Positions 43,126-53,341 of a stretch of 64,000 bases of DNA are shown in pieces. Under the pieces are notes generated by a model. The model did not search any database and had not been told where the DNA came from. It saw nothing but the letters and a program-made list of their open reading frames with translations. Both the position numbers and the translations under genes were made by a program. Numbering within the stretch: position 1 is the stretch's first letter; each line of letters starts with the position of its first letter. The stretch is from Candidatus Bathyarchaeota archaeon (GTDB lineage: Archaea > Thermoproteota > Bathyarchaeia > Bathyarchaeales > Bathycorpusculaceae): assembly GCA_963768425.1 (NCBI GenBank), contig CAVYHV010000009.1:160001-224000 (forward strand), read 5' to 3'.

Positions 43126-43404
43126 ATAAAGAATTACTAAGTGAGAATGGAATATAAATCAGCTTTTTTAGGGATTTGTTATTTTTAAAGGACGGATTTA
43201 TAACGGGCTGCTCTAATATTCTTTTAATTATTCAAGTTTGAACGGCGATCTTTGGTGTTTTTCTCAAATACTCTAAAGACCGCAGGCAATTTGAGGTTCC
43301 TCTTATTTTTGTTATAAATGCAAGTTTATCAGATTTTTGCCAACAAAATTGTCGTTTTACTAACCTCAAAGCAAGGAAATCGTTTACGGGCGGCTCAGCG
43401 CCGA

Positions 43405-43719
43405 GTTCTCATCTATGCTGATGATCATTCAAGTGTTTCGCCTTCAAACGTGCCGGTTCCTTACGGGGGAATCCAACAATTTAACATGACGGCGGACTCT
43501 GGCTACTACATCAGTGGCGTCTACATAGATGGAGTTGACCACGGCAACTTAATGACGTACAACTTCACTAACATCCAAGATAACCATACAATCTCAGTGA
43601 CCTCAGCAACGTTTGCACCAACAAACACGCTCACACCAACTCAAACCAACCCGTGCCCTACAGAAACAATACTAATAACCGCCACAGCCATAGTTGCATT
43701 GATTGCCGCGTTCGCTTAA
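43405..43719 (+). pseudogene. Orphan C-terminal fragment of a surface protein (InlB-B-like repeat plus TM)
   Basis: SVSPSNVPVPYGG.Q.F...ADSGYYI..V.IDG..YNFTNIQDNHTISV; no N-terminus. Confidence 0.6.
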
Positions 43720-44715
43720 CCTCTTACGAAATGATTCGCACTTTACCAACAAATTGGGCACAATAGAAAACAAACGCTCAGACCCGGTCGCGTATGTTCT
43801 CAAGACTTAGTCTATCATTTGAACACCCCAAAAAGACGACTTTTAACCGCGCGAGTCTGATGACCTTCGAGACTCTTTTTGAAAGTTGTTATTACGCGCA
43901 CTTGTGCCAAATGAAACATAAATAGTATTATTTGTTACATAAAAGTCCCAATATTTAAAAGTCCACGTCTATAATACCATCGTTGCAGGTTGAGGAGCAC
44001 GCTTTAATCGCGATGCATTAAGGCAAGGAGCGTGTCGATTAAAACAGCGAAAAATCGATGCGCGACAAAGACTTTGCCTCGATGGGCTGGACATTGCATT
44101 GTTGCATTGAGGCTATGAGCAGCGTGGTTAAAACGGTGAAAGACCATGCTGCGACCAAGACATCGCCTCAATGGACCGCGAACATCAAATTTAAGGCTCA
44201 GACTCAACCTGCACTTCTTCTCAAAAAACGAGCATCATAATTCTTTTTTAGTTCAGAAAAATCTTGTTTCCCTTTCTAGACGTTAAGCAAACTAATTTTT
44301 AAAGCGTTATTGCTGGCATGTGTTTAAGTGTTAATTAGCCGCGGTTCAGCGCCTATCCTGCTTAGGGATAAAATAAAGAAAAATAGCTAAAGCAACTTAC
44401 TGTATCTTTACTTTCTTTACCCTGTATAGGTTGGATTTGCCGCAATTTGATGCTTTTTTATAAATAGTTTTTGCTTTTTCCAAATTGTCTAACACTATTA
44501 CGCTTCTGGTTGATCTGGCTCCTTTAAATTTAGGGTCCTTTAGTTTTTGGTAAAACTGTTTTCTCATCTCCTCTTATAACTAGTTATTCTCCTCACAGCT
44601 TCAATGAAGGGTACGCACCTATTCGATCACTAAGAGGGTCACTATGGCGACGCATCCAAGCTCCCTTCAATCATGCTGACGTCCACTGTTAACGATAATT
44701 CGCTAGGCAGATTAC

Positions 44716-45237
44716 TTATTTTTCTTCTTTTTCCTCCTGTTTACCCAAATCTTTTGAATTAATCAAATCGCTAACCTCCTTGTCGCTGTAGCCTCTTGGA
44801 AGCCGGAAAAAAAGACGTGCCATTCTGCTTTAAATCCGAAAGAAACTCTTCCCTATCTTTCTCAGACCAGGTTTGCGGACATGCGCCAAACACTCCGATA
44901 GGTCATCTTGAAAATTGTAGAAATGCAACCTAAAGAAGTACTCAACAATGTCGTGGGTTCCGTCGCATCCCAACACCATGGGAACAACAAAACAGTAGAG
45001 CTCAGTTATCCGCCGGAGCATAACTTCCAAATTCTTAAAAATCAGATCAGCGTTTTCAACCAGAAGCTCTTCCGAACCAGTCTGCCGATATTTTTCTTCT
45101 ATTTCATCAACTTTAGCAAAAAGCAGCTTCTCTGCTTCAGAGAAAGAATTAAAATCAATCTTTATCCCAGGGTTAATTGGATCAGCTAATTGTTTAGTCA
45201 AGTTGTTCACTCTATTGTCTAGTTGCCAGGGTTTCAT
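44716..45237 (-). CDS. Hypothetical protein, frameshifted
   Basis: MKPWQLDNRVNNL; continues WSEKDREEFL..RLPRG to a stop at 44716; overlaps the upstream stop. Confidence 0.6.
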
Positions 45238-45634
45238 CGTACAAATACTCCCTTAGCAGCCTTTTGCTCCAAAGCTCTGAGCCGATTCACAAGATCAGGT
45301 AAAACTAATGTTTCAAACATCAAAGAATTCACCTTTATCATCATGTTCAACGCACCTAACTGAGCCAACGGGTTAGATGAAGAGAGCACACGCAGACTGG
45401 CCTGCCGATAGATCTGCTCGTAGCGATTCACTATTTTCAGCACCACATCTTCAGGTTTGATGACGCTCTGAAGAATCAGCTGCCAGCTTGCGCGAGTCTC
45501 AAAATCATTATAGATCGTACGTTCTGCACACCGTATTTTTGACTTAGCTGCTTAACTATTTCAGCTTGAGTTAAGCCTAAGCCTTCAAGCTTTAGCAGCT
45601 CCAAACGCCTACTCACAACATCCGACTCACTCAT
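45234..45634 (-). CDS. HTH protein, frameshifted (terminase-small-subunit-like architecture)
   Basis: RRLELLKLEGLGLTQAEIVKQLS..ERTIYND HTH; helical C-terminus RLRALE. Confidence 0.6.
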
Positions 45635-45829
45635 ACCCAAAACCACACTCCAACGCAGATGCACCCAGACATCGCCAGACACCTTTGATGAGCGAACTTC
45701 ACTTTTTTCGTCGTCAGTTTGTTCATTTTCCTGTGTCAAGTCCTTAAATACCACATGCAGTTACGTTAAGAAAATATTCAAGCTCTACCTGTCAAAGTTG
45801 ACAAACCAACATACAATTTACTGCCAACT

Positions 45830-46276
45830 TTGACACATGGGCGGTGGCATAATGGAAAAAACACCCGGAAGACCCATAGAATCAAGCCCTTTAGAAAAAC
45901 ACAACTAAGCTCGGACGCAAAAATCATAGCAGCCCTCATAAAACTGCAGCCTCAAACCAGAGAAGAAATCTGCGAAAAAACAGAAATCAGCGAACGAACC
46001 TTCTACAGAAACATCGCGGTACTGGAAAAACAGCAAATAATCAAATGCCAAGATCGCCTGTACTCTCTTTGGGATTTTGATTTCTTAGAAAAGAAAATAG
46101 AGGATGCATTATCTAAACTGATAAGGGAGTGCGCAATGATCTATCCTGATTATGTAGTTAACGAAGTTGGGAAACCTTGGCCTGAAATTCAAGCCGCAAC
46201 CTACAAAATCGTCAAGAAACTCGGATTAACCATAACCAAGGCGGGAAACCAAACAGTTTTTCTCAAAATCAACTAA
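45830..46276 (+). CDS. Winged-helix DNA-binding protein
   Basis: QTREEICEKTEISERTFYRNIAVLEKQQII. Confidence 0.75.
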   Translation: MTHGRWHNGKNTRKTHRIKPFRKTQLSSDAKIIAALIKLQPQTREEICEKTEISERTFYRNIAVLEKQQIIKCQDRLYSLWDFDFLEKKIEDALSKLIRECAMIYPDYVVNEVGKPWPEIQAATYKIVKKLGLTITKAGNQTVFLKIN

Positions 46277-46543
46277 GAAATCAAGTCAACAAGTTGCGCA
46301 TTGCAACTCTCTAACATGCTCTTGCACAATCTCTAACTAAAAAAACCCCAAATCCCAAAGCCTTCACCAAAATAAGCCTAAATTGACCACTTCCAACTCA
46401 GTCCGCTCCCCCTAAATTGCAACTTTCTTGCAAATCCACTTAACCTCCAATTTCAATTCAGTCCGCTAAACAAACAGGGTGCTGCTGCAAAAACGTTAAG
46501 CTATTATTCGTGAGACAATTTAATTATGCCGAGGAGCAATGTG

Positions 46544-47629
46544 ATGGTGAAGATTTGCATTATTCTGGGAACTAGACCCGAAATAGTAAAGTTTTCACCC
46601 ATCATACGCGAATGCGAGCGGCTGCATTTAGACTATTTTATTTTGCATACTGGGCAGCATTACAGCTATAATATGGATAGGGTCTTTTTTGAGCAGCTTG
46701 AATTGCCCGACGCAAAATACAACCTTGACGTAGGCTCAGGCACGCATGGAAAACAAACGGGCAAAATGCTCGCGGGCATAGAAGAGATTTTGCTGCGGGA
46801 ATCTCCCGACGTGGTATTGGTTGAGGGTGACACAAACACGGTGCTAGCAGGCGCATTAGCCGCTGTGAAACTCGGCATCAAAGTTGGGCATGTGGAGGCT
46901 GGGCTACGCAGTTATGATCGGCGAATGCCTGAGGAAACCAACCGTGTTTTGGCTGACCACTGCGCGGACTACTTGTTTGCGCCCACACCCAAATCAAAAG
47001 AAATCCTGCTTCATGAGGGCATAGCAGAAAACCAAATTTTCATGGTGGGCAACACAATCGTGGATGCGGTGCACCAGAACTTGAAGATAGCGAAGTCTAA
47101 AACTCAAATTCTCAGACCAGTTGTGTCTTGATGAGGGCAAGTTTATGTTGGCTACGTCGCACAGGCAAGAGAACGTGGACGACAAAAACCGATTCGCAGG
47201 CATCATCAAGGGATTGCAGCTGGTTCAAAGCGAGTTTGGGGTTCCGTTGGTTTATCCTATTCATCCCCGTGCACAGAAAACAGCTTGATCTGTTTGGTAT
47301 AGATACGGGTGGGTTAACGTTGGTTGAGCCTCTGGATTATTTGGCGTTTCTTGATGCTTGAAAGCAAAGCAAAACTCGTCTTAACCGACTCAGGCGGGGT
47401 GCAAGAAGAAACCTGCATCCTCGGTGTGCCCTGCGTTACCTTGAGAGATAATACGGAGAGACCTGAAACCCTAGACGTTGGCTCAAACATCCTAGCTGGA
47501 ACTGACCCCGACAAAATCCTTGAAGCAGCAAAAGTTAGCTGTGCCCAAAAGAAAACGTGGACCAATCCGTTCGGTGACGGCAAAACCGGCTCAAAAATAA
47601 TAAATATTCTAAGGGACCAACTCAAATAG
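46544..47629 (+). CDS. wecB: UDP-N-acetylglucosamine 2-epimerase (non-hydrolysing), frameshifted
   Basis: GTRPE, HTGQHY, GDT, HVEAGLRS, PEE.NR, HRQEN, TDSGGVQEE, TERPE, NPFGDG. Confidence 0.93.
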
Positions 47630-47760
47630 CTTCAAAGCTTTCGAAAACAAGATGTTATGCGGTAAATCTTAATTTACCTTTCTGAAGCTTTTTCTGGGAA
47701 ACTGTAATATATCAATTTGCATCACTGTATTATCAGTAAAGAACCTGATAGTTGATTTGC

Positions 47761-47988
47761 ATGGAAGAGATCGCGGATAGAATAGTTATCGATCCCGACG
47801 TCATGGTGGGAAAACCAGTCATAAAGGGGACTCGAATTCCAGTTTACCTTATTGTTGAGTTTGTGGCAAACGGTATGACTGAAAAAGAGATCATAAAGGA
47901 GTACCCGCAATTAAGAAAGGCAGACATCAAAGCTGCGCTTCTTTATGCTTCAAAATGCTTAGAACGTGAAGTCACTGTTACGCTTTAA
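47761..47988 (+). CDS. DUF433 family antitoxin
   Basis: RIVIDPDVMVGKPVIKGTRIPV..YPQL...DIKAALLYA. Confidence 0.92.
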   Translation: MEEIADRIVIDPDVMVGKPVIKGTRIPVYLIVEFVANGMTEKEIIKEYPQLRKADIKAALLYASKCLEREVTVTL

Positions 47989-47999
47989 GGGCAAAGCTT

Positions 48000-48160
48000 T
48001 TGACAGGTATATTAATAGACGAAAACGTGCCAAATAACGTGAGGGAATACTGTTAAGGCGTAAAAAGTCATTTTGGGATACGTTAGGTTCAGGATCACAA
48101 TTTGCTACTGTTGAAGAAATGAACAAGCTTCTTGACAAGCTCAGGCACGAAGATGAATAA
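48000..48160 (+). pseudogene. Out-of-frame fusion of a DUF5615 PIN toxin N-terminus and an AbrB-type antitoxin C-terminus
   Basis: TTG 48000 gives LTGILIDENVPNNVRE; another frame gives EGILLRRKKSFWDTLGSGSQFATVEEMNKLLDKLRHEDE*. Confidence 0.7.
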
Positions 48161-48536
48161 AGCAACTTTCGACAGCAGATTTTTCGTAGAATTCTACTAC
48201 TCCAAAGACCAAGCTTTAAGGCAAAAGATGTTGGAGAGAAAAAGGTTCAAAGACAAGTATGTCTCTGCAATAGTGATCCATGAAGTGTACAATCTGTCTC
48301 TTTCTCGAGACGGCCTGTGAAGTTGCCCAGCTAAGAGCCATATCAATGGGGGAGGAATTCCAAGTAATACCTGTTGACGGTCAAATAGCGCAACTCTCCG
48401 CTGAACTTAGGCACAAATACCGGCTTTCAATGGGAGACAGTATGATTGCGGCAACTGCCTCTTCCTCAAGGCAGTCTGCATCTCAGACGACCCCCATTTC
48501 AAACAAATTAAAGAAATTGAAACCGAGTGGATCTAA
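48153..48536 (+). CDS. vapC: PIN-domain VapC toxin, frameshifted
   Basis: FDSRFF, SAIVIHEV, LSMGDSMIAATA, ISDDPHF. Confidence 0.85.
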
Positions 48537-48633
48537 AGCAACTTACAATAAACTAGGCAAGAAAGCCATGATCACTGAGTATGGGATGACTTGAGCCAAC
48601 CTTTATTTAATCTTCTGAATTCAAATATATGTC

Positions 48634-48846
48634 GTGGAGGAGAGTCTTTTGGAAAATCAAAAAAAGATCGAAGAGACTCAAAAGATGAAGTCCTTTACTT
48701 GCCCAACCTGCGGATGGACCGTAATAACGCCTTTCGGTGACGATGATATAATTGACCACGCTATACTTCACTCGAAGCAACATCATTCCGGTGGTTTAAC
48801 TAGAAGCAATGCTGAGGCTGTAAAGAAAAGGATTAAGGACATATAA
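48634..48846 (+). CDS. Small C2H2-type zinc-binding protein (DUF1059-like)
   Basis: FTCPTCGW...H...HH. Confidence 0.7.
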   Translation: MEESLLENQKKIEETQKMKSFTCPTCGWTVITPFGDDDIIDHAILHSKQHHSGGLTRSNAEAVKKRIKDI

Positions 48847-48870
48847 ATTTCAAGAAACCCTATTCCACAG

Positions 48871-48911
48871 AATTTCGGGACAAATGCAGCTCGCTGGTTT
48901 GTCCTGAAATT
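48871..48911. mobile_element. Back-to-back IS-like terminal repeats with a 2-bp spacer
   Basis: AATTTCGGGACAAATGCAGC-TC-GCTGGTTTGTCCTGAAATT. Confidence 0.65.
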
Positions 48912-49021
48912 GGTGTAAGCTGCTTTCCAGCAATTGAAATATACGCAATGAGCAAGCTCTACGGTTCAGAATTGTGTAAAACTTAAATTCGATTAGCAAA
49001 CTAAATAGGTTCATGAGCTAA

Positions 49022-49630
49022 ATGCATTGGCTAAAGAGACGGCTTATCCATGAAAATGTCTTAATTCGGACCGCTACGTTATGGATTCTGTGTTTTGTTT
49101 TATTGACTGTCGCATGGTTTGTTAGTTTCTATTTTCTTCCCTACGGCATTCTTAGAGGCGTATTCCCCTCAGCGTACTTGCCTTTAGGGAACAGTTTTCT
49201 CAGCGTTTTCTTTGCCATATTCCTGTTTAATTTGCTCGTCGGATGTGGGCTTTCTGTTGCCTTGAATCTATTGAGCGCGAAGTCCATTCCGCTAGGTTAC
49301 CTCTATCCTTTGATCCAAGTCAGCCTTTTCGGAATCTTCTTAGGAACAGATTCATTTGCAATTACACACGGAAGCAAGCTTTTTCCGAGTATTATCACGC
49401 TCGTTGGTGGAGCTGGCTTCTATGAACTTACGTCATATGTCCTTGTTGCCACAGCCACAGCTGGGTTTACATTATGGAATCAAACGGGATGGCTAGGAGG
49501 CAGTTTAGTTAAAATTAGGGAAAGAAAAGAGTTGAAACTTTCTAGGTCAGAGCTATTCACTATTACCATTGGAGTTTTACTTCTTCTCGTGGCAGGTGCC
49601 ATAGAAGCTATTGGTATTATGGGAGCTTAA
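49022..49630 (+). CDS. SpoIIM-like multi-TM membrane protein
   Basis: IFLFN, GFYEL, LLVAGAIEA motifs; about 5 TMs. Confidence 0.7.
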   Translation: MHWLKRRLIHENVLIRTATLWILCFVLLTVAWFVSFYFLPYGILRGVFPSAYLPLGNSFLSVFFAIFLFNLLVGCGLSVALNLLSAKSIPLGYLYPLIQVSLFGIFLGTDSFAITHGSKLFPSIITLVGGAGFYELTSYVLVATATAGFTLWNQTGWLGGSLVKIRERKELKLSRSELFTITIGVLLLLVAGAIEAIGIMGA

Positions 49631-49654
49631 TGGGCGAGAAACCGAACAACTAAG

Positions 49655-51248
49655 CTACGTTGAGCGTTTAGAAGATTTGTCTCTTAATGAATAAACTAAT
49701 AGGAAGCCGAAGACTCCAAGTAAAATGAGGGTACCTGCCAGGATCAAGATTTCCGTTTCATTCATGGTGAGGGCTCCGTTGTCGTTCGCCTGCGTTGCAG
49801 ATTTGATTGTTACTTGGTGGGTGCTATGATGGTAAGTGAATGTTACTATCCAGTAGGATCCGTTTGAGTCTACGGAGGAGTTAACCAGGTTTCCATCGAT
49901 GTAGACTTGCAGGTTGCCCGCCGGAATCAACGTTTTAGCTATCGTTACCTTGGCGAACCCTGTTGTCCCTGTTGGTCCGCTGACTGTGAAGCTTAGCTCT
50001 GAGTCGGTAGAGTTGAAGAACAGGCTGGAGACGGTGCTATTTGATTCTATAGAGAAGTATGTTGCGGATGTGATTTGAGGTGGTTGAGTCGAGTTGCCGC
50101 TATAGGGGTAGGTGATGACTCCGCTGGTTTTAGGGTATGCTTGCGGGTTAGGCGCCGTTAAGCAGGGACTGATGCTTACCGTACCAAGAGTGGGATCGAA
50201 TGCGTGGTCGTGTACAGTTTGAGAGATTGCTTGTAAGTTGGTTGTTCCCCACCAGTTGTAGGTTGCGGTGAGGTTTATGTCGGATTCGTAGTAGATGTTG
50301 TATTGGCTGCTGTTGAGGATGTTGTTGCCTATAACCGTTGGCATTGTCGGGCTAGGAAAGGAGGGGCCAGACCAAAAGTTGAAGATAAATATACCTATAT
50401 TGTTGTTGATTAGAGTGTTGTTTTCAATAGTTGCTGAGGAGGAAACTGCCATGGCGTCTCTTGTACAGTTTTCCACCAAGTTGTTTTGGATAAGGGCAGT
50501 TGTTGAACCGCCTTCACCAGCGTCGATTCCATCAAGCCCACATGTGACGGTGTTGCCAATTATAACTGCATTAAGTTGGCCACTGTGCTTCAGCTGGTCC
50601 AGCAGCGATTGCAATACACAGAGATGGAGTATAAGCGGAGCCGTTAAAAGTTTGGTAGCGAGGAGAAATGCCCGCGATGACGTTGTTTTCAATCGTGGGC
50701 GACCCTTCTTCAACACCGATTTGACCAACAACATTGTTGTTTGAAATGACAGGCGCTTGCGAGCTTTCATTCCCGCTTATCTCACCGACAATGTTGCTGT
50801 CGATGATTCGTGGAGAACCGCCGAAAAGATAGATGTTGCCATCAATTGTGTCGTTATCTATCTTGGCAGAGTTGCAAAGTTCGAGGTAAGATACGTTTAC
50901 CACGGCGTCTTGGATAGCGGTTCCGCTTGAACCGCTTTGTGTTATCACGATGTCTCCGCTGCCGTAGAGCTGAATATTGTCAGCGTTTGTGCCGACCGCA
51001 ATTAACGTTCCCTCAACCTGCAGGATGGCACTCTGATTGAGGTCGACGGTGACGCCTGGCTGAATAGTTAACGTGGCTCCGCTTGCGACGATGACCGAAG
51101 ACGCAAGGGTGTATGGACTGTTGGAGGCAGTCCAAGTTGTGTCTGAACTGATGATGTCGGCGGAGTTCTCCCCGTTAACAGTTAAGGTGATAAAGAAAAA
51201 ACCGCAGATCAACACGGCAATCATGAGGGCGGTGGCAAGTTTCCTCAT
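49655..51248 (-). CDS. Secreted right-handed beta-helix protein with TM anchor, one frameshift near 50600-50700
   Basis: DTTWT..SPY, LTIQPGV, repeated I.NN.I, ATYNWWG, C-terminal YHHSTH domain plus TM. Confidence 0.82.
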
Positions 51249-52027
51249 TCTATTCCCAAACTGGAAGTGACTTTACGATTCTTATACATCTTTCTAATAA
51301 GTCGGCAGGGGGATTAGCGCTTGCAAAAAAGGAGAAAAAGAACATGTGAAGCAGACGTATATTTTAAGCCGTCACGCAGTAAGCGCGCCAGTTCGTTGCT
51401 AAATTGATTTCTTTATGTTAGTTTCTGCTTATCTTGCAAGCATAGTGATGCATCTGGTTTTTCAGGTCTGTTCAGCCTCTATTCAGCCTTAAACTGTCGT
51501 CACCGTTAAAACATGACGATCACGCAGAGCAGCGATACGAAATTAAGGATTTACAGTCAGGAAGATCGGAGTGCGATTACCGCAAGAGAACGCACAAAGA
51601 AGCGGTGCACGCGATGGGCTGGCGCTTGCATTCTAAAGACAAAAAATAAAAACAATCAAAATAATCATTAACAACCAAAAGCTCATCAGCGGATTCTGAA
51701 CTTTCGATAGATACTTCGCAATTATATGTTACGGTTTGTGACTGTTAGTTATCAATCACATAGATTCATATTCCTTTTTCAAGCTCTATGTTCTAACACC
51801 GTTCCTGATGCGCCTACTTTCATTTGATGAGTGCAAATTTTAGTTAACAAGAAACATGAAAGGATGAAAAACATGAATAAAACTAAAGTTTTTATGGTTA
51901 GATTTCCTATATCGTTTTCGTTGTTAATTTCTGAATTAGCGAGTATGCAATCTAAAGCTCTTACGTGCACCTACACTGCGAGCATGCCGCTAACATCCGC
52001 AAAGGGTTTATCCTGTGAGGTGAAACA

Positions 52028-53341
52028 ATGAAGCATGTGACAGCAAAGACTTTGAGAGTTGGCTGCATCCTTCTCGCTATCTTCTTTTTGTTATGTGCTT
52101 TCGCATTATTGCCTCAGCCAGTTCACGCTGCTACGAATACGGTGACGGCGACGGTAACCGTTGGAAGCGAGCCTGGCGGTGTGGCCGTAACGTCCAACGG
52201 TTCATACGTCTACGTTGCAAATTACGAGATCAACACAGCCTCGGTGATTAACACGGCGACGAACACGGTGACGGCGACGGCAACCGTTGGAAGCAAGCCT
52301 ACCGGTAGTCTCTGCACAGTTTTGTCGTCGGACTTGGCTTTAACGCCCAACGGCGAATACGCCTATGTAACAAATAGCGGCGGCACTACGGTTTCGGTGA
52401 TAAACACAGCGACGAATACGGTGACGGCAACGGTAACCGTTGGAACCGAGCCTGTTGGTGTGGCTGTAACGCCCAACGGTGCATACGCCTATGTAACAAA
52501 TTACGGTAGCAAGTCGGTTTCGGTGATAAACACGGCGACGAATACGGTGACGGCGACGGTAACCGTTGAAGACGAGCCTGGCGGTGTGGCTGTAACGCCC
52601 AACGGTGCATACGCCTATGTTGCAAATCTTGGCAGTAATTCGGTTTCGGTGATAAGCACGGCGACGAATACGGTGACGGCGACGGTACCTGTTGGAGGCT
52701 ATCCTGCCGGTGTGGCTGTAACGCCCAACGGTGCATACGCCTATGTTACAAATAGCGGTAACAATTCGGTTTCGGTGATAAGCACAGCGACGAATACGGT
52801 GACGGCGACGGTAACCGTTGGAATCATTCCTGTAGGTGTGGCTGTAACGCCCAACGGCGAATACGCCTACGTTGCAAATTACGTGAGCAACACAACCTCG
52901 GTGATTAACACGGCTACGAACACGGTGACGGCGACGGTAACCGTTGAAAGCGAACCTACCGGCGTGGCTGTAACGCCAAACGGTGCATACGCCTACGTTA
53001 CAAATTTTGGCAGTAATTCGGTTTCGGTGATAAGCACGGCGACAACTGCTTCCCCATCTCCTACAATTCCAGAATTTCCAGCCCAATTGCTAATAATTAC
53101 GTTAGTTGTCTTTATGATCACAGGCTTGTCTGCAGTTATTATTGCAAGGAAACGGATAACGCACAGGCGTGCTGGCTTGTCCTCAAATTCGTATATGCGA
53201 GACAAAAAAGAAGAGGGAAATTTTCAGTTTTTCTATTCTGGCTGTTTCGCCTATGTTATTTTCGGATGGTTTTTCTTGTTCTATCTTTGTATGCAACTGC
53301 GGAAGCGGTCAGTGCACTCATGGCTACAACAACTGAAATGA
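52028..53341 (+). CDS. 7-blade YVTN beta-propeller surface protein with PEF-CTERM-like signal
   Basis: Signal peptide; 7 repeats; PTIPEFP-TM-RKR; tail runs into the convergent gene. Confidence 0.9.
   Translation: MKHVTAKTLRVGCILLAIFFLLCAFALLPQPVHAATNTVTATVTVGSEPGGVAVTSNGSYVYVANYEINTASVINTATNTVTATATVGSKPTGSLCTVLSSDLALTPNGEYAYVTNSGGTTVSVINTATNTVTATVTVGTEPVGVAVTPNGAYAYVTNYGSKSVSVINTATNTVTATVTVEDEPGGVAVTPNGAYAYVANLGSNSVSVISTATNTVTATVPVGGYPAGVAVTPNGAYAYVTNSGNNSVSVISTATNTVTATVTVGIIPVGVAVTPNGEYAYVANYVSNTTSVINTATNTVTATVTVESEPTGVAVTPNGAYAYVTNFGSNSVSVISTATTASPSPTIPEFPAQLLIITLVVFMITGLSAVIIARKRITHRRAGLSSNSYMRDKKEEGNFQFFYSGCFAYVIFGWFFLFYLCMQLRKRSVHSWLQQLK
52130..53040 (+). repeat. Seven ~126-bp near-identical coding repeats
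   Basis: gcgacgaatacggtgacggcgacggtaaccgttg and ggtgtggctgtaacgcccaacgg recur. Confidence 0.95.

Noticed and set aside
44058-44240. 60-aa ORF resembling DUF1059
   Set aside because: No CxxC, and it overlaps a dispersed non-coding repeat
48871-48911. Integron attC site
   Set aside because: Lacks the RYYYAAC/GTTRRRY boxes; the arms instead match the end next to a transposase stub
52130-53040. Diversity-generating retroelement target
   Set aside because: No reverse transcriptase or template repeat in the window, and variation is not restricted to adenines
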